64,000 bases of DNA from positions 11,072-75,071 of the forward strand of contig CP174360.1 of the NCBI GenBank assembly GCA_045401155.1, written 5' to 3'. Positions within the stretch are counted from its first letter, which is position 1, and every line of letters begins with the position of its first letter. Below the pieces are notes generated by a model, which had not been told where the DNA came from, made no database searches, and worked only from the letters and a program-made list of their open reading frames with translations. The stretch is from Candidatus Minusculum obligatum (lineage in GTDB: Bacteria; Patescibacteriota; Minisyncoccia; Phycocordibacterales; Phycocordibacteraceae). The position numbers were made by a program, and so were the translations under genes. Positions 47,384-57,587 of this stretch are shown piece after piece.

Positions 47384-47686
47384 TTACTTCGCAGCAAACG
47401 GATTCCGCTGCGGAGCCATCATCTGCCTGAAAAACATAACCACATTCTGCGGGCCGACAAGTACAGTGCCGAACGCAAGCAGAATGAGGAATTGTTTCCA
47501 GGCAAACATGAAAATGAGGATATATAGCACGAGCGTAACCACTGCGCCACTCCCCATCACAACCCAGTCAAGGAAAGAGAACTTCCCAGGGACAACAGGA
47601 ACAATAGGAAGGCTCTTATCCAGGTTCGTCTTCGAATACACTGGATTCATTTTCATAGTCTTACCTCCTCCAAAAAAACCATACAA
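47384..47686 (-). CDS. Hypothetical small membrane protein
   Basis: 100 aa, two TM. Confidence 0.35.
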   Translation of the reverse strand: MYGFFGGGKTMKMNPVYSKTNLDKSLPIVPVVPGKFSFLDWVVMGSGAVVTLVLYILIFMFAWKQFLILLAFGTVLVGPQNVVMFFRQMMAPQRNPFAAK

Positions 47687-49058
47687 TAAATGTATATATA
47701 AGTAAAGTTACCCAAAATGGAAACACCGGGAGCACAATTGCAGCCCCGGGAACTTTAGAAACCACCTCAACCACATAAAGCGTATATGAAAGAAGTAGAT
47801 ACGCAGGATATCCGAATAAAACTCCCACACCAGGAATACCTCCAAAAATACCGGCAACAAGCGTGAAGAGCATTGCAAATGGAATGGTTGGCAACACTAA
47901 TAAATTTGCAGGCAATGCTGATATTGAAAATAGACCGGTTAAATATAGAAGCAGTGGAAACACTGCAATCTGCGTACCAATTGTCGCACCCACAATCTCT
48001 CGAAGACCAAATGTATTAGGCAAAAACATAAACAACTTCTCTATGTGTGGCGCAATATGTATAAGCCCTAATGTCGCGATAAAAGAAAGTTGAAATGAAG
48101 GATCATAGACAAGAATCAAAGGATTGAACAAAAGCATAATCACTCCAGCGATAATCAAGGCTCGCGTAAGTGCATACGTTCTCCTTGTCGCTCTCGCAAT
48201 AAGAGCTAAGGCTGCCATGATGCCTGCGCGAACAATCGTCGCCCCTGCACCAACAAGAATTACAAACAAACTAATCGTTACAATTCCAAGTCCAATTGAA
48301 ATTTTCTTAGGTAAAAATCCCAAGAATCGCATGATCGCCTCTGCAATTATCGTCACGTTGTACCCTGAGAGCACCACAATATGTATAAGACCTGTAACCT
48401 GAAATGCATGTAGCAGCACATCTCCTAAAGACTGCTTTGCGCCAACCGTAATACCTCCACCGAGAGCCGCATGCGGCTCCGGAATCGATTGCTGAATATT
48501 GTGCAAGAAAAAATGTTTGATACTAAACAACACACCACGAAACGAGAACGAACCATCCTTAACACGAGTAACATTCGCAAAAGAAACCGTATAAAAAATG
48601 TCATCTTTTGCTAAGTACGTATCGTAATGAAATATTCTTCCCGTATCTGTTTCAAATTTTTCTGGAGTTTTTAATACCCCTTCAACCAAAATGACGTCTC
48701 CAAAAGAAATATCAGAATATTTTTCTGTACTCACTAATACTTTTGTATCCTCATGCAACAATACAAACTTAACTGAATTTTCTCTCTCATCTATTTCAGA
48801 TATCACTTTTCCTTCTAAAGAAATATTTGTGCCGAGATACTCATGGAACACTTCCACCTTCTCTACATGAAGCGTTGTGTAAACCCCTCCAAAAGAAAGG
48901 CTTAGTAAGAATAATCCAGCAATAAAAAATCTTTTATAAAAAAGACAGCACACGAGCCCGAGCACAGCTATAAAACCGAAAATAAATACTGAAAAACCTC
49001 CAACAAGCAAACAAAAAATCCCGAGTATAAACCCGAGACTTATTGCATACACTTTCAT
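47661..49058 (-). CDS. comEC: ComEC/Rec2 channel domain protein (DUF4131 + competence domain), no MBL domain
   Basis: 465 aa polytopic; OB-like N-region, conserved competence-domain helices. Confidence 0.65.
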   Translation of the reverse strand: MKVYAISLGFILGIFCLLVGGFSVFIFGFIAVLGLVCCLFYKRFFIAGLFLLSLSFGGVYTTLHVEKVEVFHEYLGTNISLEGKVISEIDERENSVKFVLLHEDTKVLVSTEKYSDISFGDVILVEGVLKTPEKFETDTGRIFHYDTYLAKDDIFYTVSFANVTRVKDGSFSFRGVLFSIKHFFLHNIQQSIPEPHAALGGGITVGAKQSLGDVLLHAFQVTGLIHIVVLSGYNVTIIAEAIMRFLGFLPKKISIGLGIVTISLFVILVGAGATIVRAGIMAALALIARATRRTYALTRALIIAGVIMLLFNPLILVYDPSFQLSFIATLGLIHIAPHIEKLFMFLPNTFGLREIVGATIGTQIAVFPLLLYLTGLFSISALPANLLVLPTIPFAMLFTLVAGIFGGIPGVGVLFGYPAYLLLSYTLYVVEVVSKVPGAAIVLPVFPFWVTLLIYTFIVWFFWRR

Positions 49059-49075
49059 ACTCAGCAGCTATAAAA

Positions 49076-49483
49076 TTATTCAGCTCCTCTATCCATTGCT
49101 TTATTAGCTAATGCATCTGCTTCTTTATTTTGCTCTCTCCGCACATGCTCGAATGAAACCTTTGTAAACTTTGGAAGCAAGTTCTGTACTTTTAAGTACT
49201 GCTTATACAGCTCAGCATCTTTAACTTTATACTCTCCAGTTAGCTGCCGCTGTGCAAGCTGGCTATCTAACCGAACAACAACTTCCACATTTCCACCTGA
49301 AATATCTAAAAGCTTTTCAAGACCAAGCACAATTGCCTCATACTCTGCCCAATTATTAGTCTGCGCTCCTAAAAATTCTGAAACTTCTCCAACAAGCTTC
49401 ATATCTGTATCAAAAATCGCTGCCCCCGCTCCTGCTGGCCCTGGATTACCCCTGGCTCCTCCGTCCGTATATACCGTATACAT
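49076..49483 (-). CDS. rnhA: Ribonuclease HI
   Basis: YTDGGARGNPG, DEDD catalytic pattern. Confidence 0.85.
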   Translation of the reverse strand: MYTVYTDGGARGNPGPAGAGAAIFDTDMKLVGEVSEFLGAQTNNWAEYEAIVLGLEKLLDISGGNVEVVVRLDSQLAQRQLTGEYKVKDAELYKQYLKVQNLLPKFTKVSFEHVRREQNKEADALANKAMDRGAE

Positions 49484-49544
49484 ATGTAGGAGAGTATACC
49501 AGAAAGCGCCTTTCCCGGATTGGAAAGGCGCTTATTTCTCAACC

Positions 49545-49871
49545 TTAGAGAAAGCGAACACCGACTGAAACATCCTCGTGATGATCAGACGTCAAACGCG
49601 CGCGAAACGGATCGCCAGCGCGAGCCTTCTTCAGTTGTCCAGGAACGGGAACTACAATCTTTGCGTTCTCATAACCAGATTGAAGAAGATGCCACGCGGG
49701 ATATAGTGTCTCGCCACGAATATGCTTGATCAGTTCGTCCGCTCGCTCGCCAAGATTGGCTTCGAAGGACTCGCGACTGGAAACGGTAATTTTCAACCGC
49801 GCCCCTTGTGAATCTTTCGAAAACAACCCTAGCTTATTGCTAGGAACAAGTGTTGAAAGAACTGGAATCAT
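49545..49871 (-). CDS. Hypothetical protein in GC-enriched segment
   Basis: 108 aa ORF, ~50% GC; hairpin 49505-49533 downstream. Confidence 0.3.
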   Translation of the reverse strand: MIPVLSTLVPSNKLGLFSKDSQGARLKITVSSRESFEANLGERADELIKHIRGETLYPAWHLLQSGYENAKIVVPVPGQLKKARAGDPFRARLTSDHHEDVSVGVRFL

Positions 49872-49929
49872 TGGATCTCTCCTCCGATCTATCTCAAATG
49901 ACTGAAAGAAACAGTAACACTAAAACGTA

Positions 49930-51642
49930 TTATGTCAATATTTGTACCAAACGTAACCGTGGAACATGCTTGAACGTGTCATTTTCAACTGAAGCTAGGA
50001 GCGAAACAGACTCATTTGCTTTAAGTAACTTTGCAGAATCTCCCAAATCTCTCTTTGCGAAGAAGGCAACAGCCTCTCGTGGACCAAATACCGTATCAAA
50101 CACAGCCTTCACATGCTCCTTACTCTTCCCAAACCATGTAACTTCTTTAGGGACTACGTCTTTAAATAAAAATTGCGGTTGATCATTCCCAATACCAAAT
50201 GGCCCAAGCGCAGAAAGCTTCTTCACCAACGACCCATCTACCACATCAAGTGTAAGTTCCATATCTGCAGAGAGATTTTTCTCAAGTGCTTCACTTGGCA
50301 TATCTTCAAATGCATTTGAGAGCTTTTCTTCAATGGTATAAACCGCTTCCTCGTGTACTGAGAACCCTCCAGAGGCAGCGTGACCCCCAAATTCTACGAA
50401 CACATCTGTAGTACGTGTCATAAGCTCCACAAGATTTACATCCGCGCCAGTTCTACATGACCCTTTAATCAAATTATTCCCTTCGCGACCCCACAAAAAC
50501 ACCGGTCGCTCATACTCTTCTGCAACAGAATTTGCCACAAGCCCTAGCAGTGCCGGCCGCCAATCTGGATTCCCCATCACAATCACAGGAGACACCTCGT
50601 CCCGAACACTCATTTTCTTCTTTACCTCCTTTGTAATTGTCGCAACGGCTGTTTTTCTAGTGCGATTAATCTTTTCTAGATCAGCTGCGTACATTGCACC
50701 CTCTGCAACATCTCTTGTCGTAAGCATGTGAAAGGCCTGCATAGGCTCACCCATACGAGAAGCCGCATTAATACGTGGCCCGATCATAAACCCAATATCT
50801 CCTTCTACAATTGCGCGCTGATTTACCCGAATCTTACGAAGCAACTGCTGCAATCCTGGTCGTGGAGACCTACGAAGCACCACAAGTCCAAAGTGCGCAA
50901 GCGCATGATTCTCTCCCACAAGCGGCACCATGTCTGAAACGGTTGCAATGCCAACCATATCAAGTAGCCACTTCTCCCAGCCTTTTGGAATATCAAAATC
51001 TCCTTTAGCTAAAACTCCCTGCACCAATTTAAATGCAACCCCACACCCACAGAGCTCCTTAAATGGGTATGTCTGCCCCTCTAACTTTGGATTTAAAATC
51101 GTGAGTGCTGGAGGCAAACTCTCTTGTGGAAGATGGTGATCTGTCACAATCACATCAAATCCAAGAGAATTTGCATACTCAACTTCCTCTACATCTGTAA
51201 TACCTGAATCAACCGTAATGAGAAGTTTGCCACCTTTATCTGCAACCTCTTTGATTCCATCTTTATTCAATCCATAACCCTCATTGTGTCGGTGCGGAAT
51301 ATAGTTTTCAAAATTTGCACCAACTTTTTTTAGAAAATCATGCATTAGTACCCCTCCTGGAATACCATCGGTATCATAATCACTCCACACAATGATTTTC
51401 TCTCCTTCTTTAATTGCCTTGAGCACTCGATCCACCGCAACATCCATACCAAGCATGAGAAATGGATCATGTAGATCCCGCTCATAATCTGGATTAAGAA
51501 AAATTTCTGCCTCTTCTTTTGTTTTCACACCTCTATGAAAAAGAAGGTGCGCTGTAAAGTCATCATACGCTTCGAGCTCTTTCCTAATATCAGCCGGAAC
51601 AGGATCTTTTAAGGAGATTTTCATGTGAGAAGATTCTAGCAT
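49930..51642 (-). CDS. recJ: Single-stranded-DNA-specific exonuclease RecJ
   Basis: DHH and DHHA1 motifs (VIVTDHH, GGHAAS). Confidence 0.85.
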   Translation of the reverse strand: MLESSHMKISLKDPVPADIRKELEAYDDFTAHLLFHRGVKTKEEAEIFLNPDYERDLHDPFLMLGMDVAVDRVLKAIKEGEKIIVWSDYDTDGIPGGVLMHDFLKKVGANFENYIPHRHNEGYGLNKDGIKEVADKGGKLLITVDSGITDVEEVEYANSLGFDVIVTDHHLPQESLPPALTILNPKLEGQTYPFKELCGCGVAFKLVQGVLAKGDFDIPKGWEKWLLDMVGIATVSDMVPLVGENHALAHFGLVVLRRSPRPGLQQLLRKIRVNQRAIVEGDIGFMIGPRINAASRMGEPMQAFHMLTTRDVAEGAMYAADLEKINRTRKTAVATITKEVKKKMSVRDEVSPVIVMGNPDWRPALLGLVANSVAEEYERPVFLWGREGNNLIKGSCRTGADVNLVELMTRTTDVFVEFGGHAASGGFSVHEEAVYTIEEKLSNAFEDMPSEALEKNLSADMELTLDVVDGSLVKKLSALGPFGIGNDQPQFLFKDVVPKEVTWFGKSKEHVKAVFDTVFGPREAVAFFAKRDLGDSAKLLKANESVSLLASVENDTFKHVPRLRLVQILT

Positions 51643-51653
51643 ATAGTGTATCT

Positions 51654-51968
51654 ATGACTGAAAAAACTATTTTCGAGAAAGTGGTCGATCGAGAGCTTCC
51701 AGGAACCTTTATATATGAGGATGACAACTATGCTGTCATTAAAAATATCCACCCTGAAGCACCTATTCACTACCTCGCAATCCCAAAAACTGCAGTACCT
51801 GCAATAGATAAACTTGAAGAAAAAGATCTCCATATCCCAGGAGACCTTATTAAAATTGCCAAAAAAGTAATTGTAGATGAAAAGATAAAAAACTTCAGAC
51901 TTGTATTTAATGGAGGGAAACACCTACACCTTCCAAATCACCTGCACCTACACATCCTTGGAGACTAG
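51654..51968 (+). CDS. HIT-family (histidine triad) hydrolase
   Basis: HLHLHIL histidine triad at C-terminus. Confidence 0.8.
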   Translation: MTEKTIFEKVVDRELPGTFIYEDDNYAVIKNIHPEAPIHYLAIPKTAVPAIDKLEEKDLHIPGDLIKIAKKVIVDEKIKNFRLVFNGGKHLHLPNHLHLHILGD

Positions 51969-53083
51969 TTGAGCGCCTCAATTCCAGGCAATGTGCCGTG
52001 TGTTAGAAACTCGAGCATGGCCCCTCCCCCTGTAGAAATAAATGAGAAGCGCTCTTCAACGTGCAGCTGCTCAATTGAAGCAACCGTATCTCCACCACCA
52101 ACAACTGCGTGCGTATTAACACCTGCAATTGCGAGCGCAAGATCTTTTGTTGCCTCAGCATATCCATGCTCATAGTATCCAAGTGGCCCATTCCAAAGAA
52201 TACTTTTTGCATCTTCAATATACTCACGCAACACTTCAATTGTTCTTGGTCCTGCATCTACGATCATGTCATCTTTCTCGATCTCAGAGAGTTCACGAAC
52301 ACCTCCCCCTGAAGCAGATGAGACGATGGCGTCAACCGGACCGATAATCCGAGCATCTTTTGCGATCTCAGAAAGGGAGTGCGCCTTTTGAGATGTAATA
52401 GACTTTCCAATCTCATACCCACGAGCCTTAAGGAGATCGTTCCCCAGTGCACCACCGATAAAAATACGATCATATGTGCCAAGCAGCTTCTCAATAAGCG
52501 GTTCCTTTGTCGCAAACTTTGCTCCACCAATAAGGGCAAGCGATGGCTTTTTGGGACGAAGCGCATCTTGAAGTTCTCTAATCTCTGCCTCAAGAAGCTT
52601 TCCTCCATAAGAAGGTAAAAACTGTGGAACTCCAACAATCGAAGCATGATTTCTATGACATGTATCAAATGCATCTTGCACAAAAACATCAGCAAGAGAC
52701 GCGAGCTCCTTTGCAAAGGTAATATCATTCTCTATCTCTCCCTTATTGCGACGAACATTCTCAAGCACGAGCACTTCTCCAGGCGTGAGTGTCCTAATTC
52801 TCTCCCGAACAGCACTTCCGCACACGTGTTCAGATAAAGAAACGGGAGCTATTTGTGTACGAAGATACTCATACACTGGTTTAATGGTTGCAAATGGATC
52901 TCTTCCTATGTGCCCAATAACAATCACACGTGCACCGTGCTCTTGCAGGTACTTAACCGTACTAATTGCACGACGTAGTCGAAATGTACTTGAAGGCTTC
53001 CCGTCTACAAGTGGCACATTCAGCCCAAGCCGTACAAGCACAGGAACATTTTCAAGAAATGGAATGTCTTCTAGTGTCTTCAT
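51965..53083 (-). CDS. pgk: Phosphoglycerate kinase
   Basis: N-domain R..LN.P and C-domain STGGGA.LE. Confidence 0.9.
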   Translation of the reverse strand: MKTLEDIPFLENVPVLVRLGLNVPLVDGKPSSTFRLRRAISTVKYLQEHGARVIVIGHIGRDPFATIKPVYEYLRTQIAPVSLSEHVCGSAVRERIRTLTPGEVLVLENVRRNKGEIENDITFAKELASLADVFVQDAFDTCHRNHASIVGVPQFLPSYGGKLLEAEIRELQDALRPKKPSLALIGGAKFATKEPLIEKLLGTYDRIFIGGALGNDLLKARGYEIGKSITSQKAHSLSEIAKDARIIGPVDAIVSSASGGGVRELSEIEKDDMIVDAGPRTIEVLREYIEDAKSILWNGPLGYYEHGYAEATKDLALAIAGVNTHAVVGGGDTVASIEQLHVEERFSFISTGGGAMLEFLTHGTLPGIEALN

Positions 53084-53808
53084 GCATCAATAGCTTTTAT
53101 TAGCGCAGTGAGAGAGTCTTTGTTTGTACTTGCGCGCCCTGGCAAAAATCCATCTACACCAGGAACCATGAGTGAGGAAACATTTTCAGGATTAACAGAT
53201 CCTCCATAAAGAATCTTTATTGCCTTTAATGCCTTCTCTCCAACATGCTCCATCAATACTTTTTTAATAAAGAGCACCATCTCTTCTAGATGATCTGGGG
53301 TGATTGCAGCATCTTTTCCAATTGCCCAGATTGGCTCATATGCAATAACAATATTTTTAAAATCTGCATCTTTTACACCCTTAAGCGCAGATACAATCTG
53401 CTCTGTAATAAATGAAAGGTAGTTTGCATGCATGTCTCGCTCCTCCTCCCCAACACACAACACAACCTTCAATCGTGCAGCAAGCGCATGCTGCACTTTT
53501 GTTGCAACGATACTGTCTGTCTCTCCTCCTGCTCGCCGCTCTGAGTGCCCCAAGATCACATGACTTGCACCAGCGTTTGCAACCACATATGCAGAAACCT
53601 CTCCTGTATGTGCTCCTGTTTCAAAAATAGAAATATCTTGCGCAGCAAATGAAACCTTGTGCTTTTTGTCCGCAACCATACCAAGATGTACAAATGATGG
53701 TGCAAGGATAATGGAGTGTTTTGTCTCTATTTTATCTGCAGCACGCACCACAGAGAGCATGTCATCCTTACTACTAAGATAGCTTTTGAAATTTCCAACG
53801 ATAATCAT
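53080..53808 (-). CDS. tpiA: Triosephosphate isomerase
   Basis: IAYEPIWAIG, GGS catalytic loop. Confidence 0.9.
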   Translation of the reverse strand: MIIVGNFKSYLSSKDDMLSVVRAADKIETKHSIILAPSFVHLGMVADKKHKVSFAAQDISIFETGAHTGEVSAYVVANAGASHVILGHSERRAGGETDSIVATKVQHALAARLKVVLCVGEEERDMHANYLSFITEQIVSALKGVKDADFKNIVIAYEPIWAIGKDAAITPDHLEEMVLFIKKVLMEHVGEKALKAIKILYGGSVNPENVSSLMVPGVDGFLPGRASTNKDSLTALIKAIDA

Positions 53809-53825
53809 GCCTTTATCCTAGCACG

Positions 53826-55247
53826 CTAGTCTTCTCGCCACTCAACAAATTGATAGTCTGGAGATGCTGTTGGCGTAAATGGAGGCGGATCAGTTGCAAG
53901 GTCTCGATCGTAGTTATTTACACGGTTTTGATACCCTGAGCTATAACACCCGGTACCATCTCCCCACTTCGTACCCACACGTCCATTTGAAATAATAGAC
54001 CCAAGCATGGTGAGCGTGTCTCTAAGCTGGTAGGCACCTGAAAAACAGTCATATCTATTGCGTCCAAAGTACCCTTCCTGCGCAACCAAAATTGCTTGAA
54101 TATCTAGATCGTCTGGAGAAACAGGAGATACGTGAATATCACCCTCTGCAAGAATTGTAAGACCATCCTCTCCCCCTCCATTTAAATACTCAATATCATC
54201 TTCAATAATCACCTTTGGCTCATACCCCGCATGCGTTGTATCTGCTGCAACAAGTGTCACCTTCCCTGAGACAACTCCTGACACCCACACACGATCTCCT
54301 ATATAAATAAGTCCGCAATCCTCTGGAATGTCGTAATTTCCAACAAACCGTGTATTGCTTCCTCCTCGTGGCTCATAGTAATCGCGCTCATAATCTCCAC
54401 TATCAATATGAACACCCCAGTACCAATTTGAGCGACGCACTCGATAAATATCTACACTACGATCATTTTTAAATACCAATTTATATCCTCGACCCTCCAC
54501 AGAATGCCCACCATATGTAGAGAAGTGAATTCCATCTGCAATCGCAAGAGAACGCAGGTCTGCATAATCTTGTGCAATGCCCGAGAAATCAAATTGTGCA
54601 GCAGGATACTCCCAAAGATCTTGATCACTTCCATCTCCAAACACTCCTGGTGTCGTAGATGCGGGGGAGCATCCAAAACTACTCGTACAAGTCCATGTAT
54701 CAACCGCACTTGTCACCTCTGAATTACTTGTACCGTCAAAACGAATACCGCCATTAGCGTGGTACGCTCCTGAGATCTGGCGATCATCTCCTACCCAAAC
54801 GTTGTCATCTACAATATACGCAAACTCCGCAACAGATGGCTGCGCATATCGCCCCGTAACGGTTGCCCTAACCGTCGGTGCTTCATCACTCCATCCTGTT
54901 GAAGAAATATCTATAGAGGTAATAGCTCCACACTGCTCATTTCCTTCAATATCTAAAGAAAATGTTCCTGAGACATCACCCTCCGAATCTTCATAGTCAA
55001 CCTCATACGGCCCTGCACCTCCTGTACCATGCTGTGTGTCATCTGGATTATGTGCCAGATACCACTTGTAGTACTCAAGGCCAGCCTCAGCGATACCGCG
55101 CGCTTGCGCCTTGTGCATACGCGCACGCTCAGCATCCTGTTCAACCAACACGCGTCCTGAAAGAGCCGAGACCGCAAATACAAAAATACCTCCAAAGACA
55201 ATTACGAGAAGTGTGGTGTATCCGCGATTTCTTTTTTTAAAAAACAT
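53826..55247 (-). CDS. Large minor-pilin-like protein (GspK/PilX-like, lacks Glu5)
   Basis: Start MFFKKRNRGYTTLLVIVFGG prepilin-like N-terminus without E+5; 473 aa. Confidence 0.4.
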   Translation of the reverse strand: MFFKKRNRGYTTLLVIVFGGIFVFAVSALSGRVLVEQDAERARMHKAQARGIAEAGLEYYKWYLAHNPDDTQHGTGGAGPYEVDYEDSEGDVSGTFSLDIEGNEQCGAITSIDISSTGWSDEAPTVRATVTGRYAQPSVAEFAYIVDDNVWVGDDRQISGAYHANGGIRFDGTSNSEVTSAVDTWTCTSSFGCSPASTTPGVFGDGSDQDLWEYPAAQFDFSGIAQDYADLRSLAIADGIHFSTYGGHSVEGRGYKLVFKNDRSVDIYRVRRSNWYWGVHIDSGDYERDYYEPRGGSNTRFVGNYDIPEDCGLIYIGDRVWVSGVVSGKVTLVAADTTHAGYEPKVIIEDDIEYLNGGGEDGLTILAEGDIHVSPVSPDDLDIQAILVAQEGYFGRNRYDCFSGAYQLRDTLTMLGSIISNGRVGTKWGDGTGCYSSGYQNRVNNYDRDLATDPPPFTPTASPDYQFVEWRED

Positions 55248-55248
55248 A

Positions 55249-55830
55249 TTACTCAACTCGAAGATTACGCAGCGTTGCACTTGAAGTAAGTGTAAACTCT
55301 TCCGGCGCACGCGTTGGATTTACATTCACAATAATGGTTGCGGTCACAAACTTAATATCAAGTGGTGATGGAGAACTTGAAAGCTCATTTCCATCTATAT
55401 CAAAATACTGAAACACGTTTTGTACGAAGATTGCATTGCGTACATTGTCCGAAATAATCTCTGACGTCTCTTGCCCACTGTATGTGGGAGGAGTTCCTGT
55501 AGCTTGGAGCGTATACCGAGTAAGCACTTCACTTGCAAGGTCATAACGGACACGCTCCACGGAATTGTCTTTGTCTACATCCGCATAAAATGTAATTGAG
55601 TTCGGGCCAGCAGATGCAATCGCAAATGATCCATCTGCCGCAACGGTTGCCTCCCGCAAATCCTTCATCGCATTTTCAATACCACGGCGCGCACTACTAA
55701 TCGCAGCTGATTGCTCAAGTACGTTTGCATTTGTTCTATAGAAAAAAACAATCACCATGCTGAGTGCCAAAAGTGCGACACTCATAAGTGAAATTGTAAC
55801 GACTGTTTCAATGAGCGAGAATCCTCTCAT
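55249..55830 (-). CDS. Type IV pilin / pseudopilin
   Basis: MRGFSLIETVVTISLM class-III signal peptide with G/F cleavage site and Glu5. Confidence 0.65.
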   Translation of the reverse strand: MRGFSLIETVVTISLMSVALLALSMVIVFFYRTNANVLEQSAAISSARRGIENAMKDLREATVAADGSFAIASAGPNSITFYADVDKDNSVERVRYDLASEVLTRYTLQATGTPPTYSGQETSEIISDNVRNAIFVQNVFQYFDIDGNELSSSPSPLDIKFVTATIIVNVNPTRAPEEFTLTSSATLRNLRVE

Positions 55831-55849
55831 GCACTAACTGTAGCACGCG

Positions 55850-57586
55850 CTAACTTGCAATAAGCACAACAGAAACAGCTGTGTCTCCATCTACATCAAC
55901 ATCTTGTACAAGCTCTGTTGTATACCCACTCTTACTTACACTCAAATCGTAGTCTGCAAAATTTCCAAGGCTTCCAAAATACCCTTGCCCGCAAGAGCTT
56001 GTCACATCTTGCTCAGAGTACCCCGTACGTGTAAGAGAAAGTGTCGCCCCCTCAATAAGCGCATTAAAATCATCTCGCACTTCAACACGAAGAGAGTGTG
56101 TGCTTGCATCCTCAAGGTACACATCAATCTCTCCTGCTGTGTTTGGATTTATAGAAAGATCATCGGTGTCACAAATTGCAGCAATGTCATACCCGCTCAC
56201 AGAAAACGCATACGCATCCCACTCAATATTTAAAACTTCATTCCATCCTGCAGACCCTGTCGCCGCATCTATGTCGTGCTTTACAATTGGATCACCTCCA
56301 CTATCTTCTCCAATTGTTTTACTTCCAAGTAAATTAAATGAAACATTTGGAATTGGAATTGGTCCTTCATCAAACACAATCCGCCACGCATCGATCTCTG
56401 GAGTAGTACTTGTATCATTTGTCTCAAGAGACGCTTCTACGTAGATAGTGTCGTACGTAGTTGTAGCAAGACTTGAAAGGTCTACAACACTTGCAGAAAA
56501 TCCAGATGCATTTCCTGGAAGATCTACATCCGGAATCATTATGGGAGACCCGGCAACGTCATAGAAAAATTGATACGACACTGATGTGCCTGCAGGCAAT
56601 GTTGATGTTGCTTGGAAAAACTTCCAGCTTGAAAGATACGTCGGTGCTGTTGACGTACTCTGCGCGACACCTGCTGCATCGTAGACCCCCTCTGTACTGG
56701 TAAGCACAAGATTGCCTCCTGTAACTTCTGTACTGCTTGCAGATTCAATCTTGCTTCCATTTACAAATGTGTCTTCTACGTAGTTCTCCTCAATAGGACT
56801 CCATGTATTTACACGCAAACTAGAAAGCACATCGATTGCAAATGTATTTTGTGTCGTCTCTGCCTCAACAACCGTTAGGTGCCCTGGGTCTGGGATCACA
56901 TTCTCTGAATCAAGATCGTATGTTTGCGCACTTGAGTACCCCGTCTTTGAGATGGTTACCCGGTACCCTGTTGAAGTCGCAGCTCCTGGCAAAAACACAT
57001 ATCCTCCACTTCCTGTAAAAGTTGTAAGATCTACAACCGGACTTGTATTTGGATTTTGTATACGAACTTGTGCTGATGAAACAGGAGACCCCACCGCATC
57101 AATCACATTCACACGAAGGTTTCCTCCTCCCTCGGTTGTTTCAATTCCTTTTGGAGTCCTATTAGATACCAATGAAACACTCTCCTGCTGTCCGGCAACC
57201 GTGTATGACACCTCTACTTTTATTTTTTTATAATCTGTAATAATTCCGGTCGCATCAGCACCATCTAATCCATCTGCCGGGTCATCTATGTATTGAATGA
57301 AGGTGCGTACTGTGTAATCTCGACCATTTAACACTCGATCTATCTCTGGCTCGACAACTCCAGCTGGAATACCACCAACCGTTCCAGTATTTGCATACGT
57401 CACAGAACGCACGTACTCCATCTGCTCAGTTGCAAGTGCAGTTGCTCCCGCACGAGCCTTTGAGTGTGCAACAAGTGCGATTGACGCGCGAAACATTCCG
57501 AAGAGCGCCATGAAAATTACAAGTAGGAGCGCAACACCAACTACCACATCTACAAGTGAGAGTCCTCTGGTGTACATTTTCTTCAT
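55850..57586 (-). CDS. Large pilin-like protein (prepilin N-terminus + big beta-rich domain)
   Basis: Start MKKMYTRGLSLVDVVVGVALL prepilin-like; 578 aa. Confidence 0.5.
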   Translation of the reverse strand: MKKMYTRGLSLVDVVVGVALLLVIFMALFGMFRASIALVAHSKARAGATALATEQMEYVRSVTYANTGTVGGIPAGVVEPEIDRVLNGRDYTVRTFIQYIDDPADGLDGADATGIITDYKKIKVEVSYTVAGQQESVSLVSNRTPKGIETTEGGGNLRVNVIDAVGSPVSSAQVRIQNPNTSPVVDLTTFTGSGGYVFLPGAATSTGYRVTISKTGYSSAQTYDLDSENVIPDPGHLTVVEAETTQNTFAIDVLSSLRVNTWSPIEENYVEDTFVNGSKIESASSTEVTGGNLVLTSTEGVYDAAGVAQSTSTAPTYLSSWKFFQATSTLPAGTSVSYQFFYDVAGSPIMIPDVDLPGNASGFSASVVDLSSLATTTYDTIYVEASLETNDTSTTPEIDAWRIVFDEGPIPIPNVSFNLLGSKTIGEDSGGDPIVKHDIDAATGSAGWNEVLNIEWDAYAFSVSGYDIAAICDTDDLSINPNTAGEIDVYLEDASTHSLRVEVRDDFNALIEGATLSLTRTGYSEQDVTSSCGQGYFGSLGNFADYDLSVSKSGYTTELVQDVDVDGDTAVSVVLIAS

Positions 57587-57587
57587 A

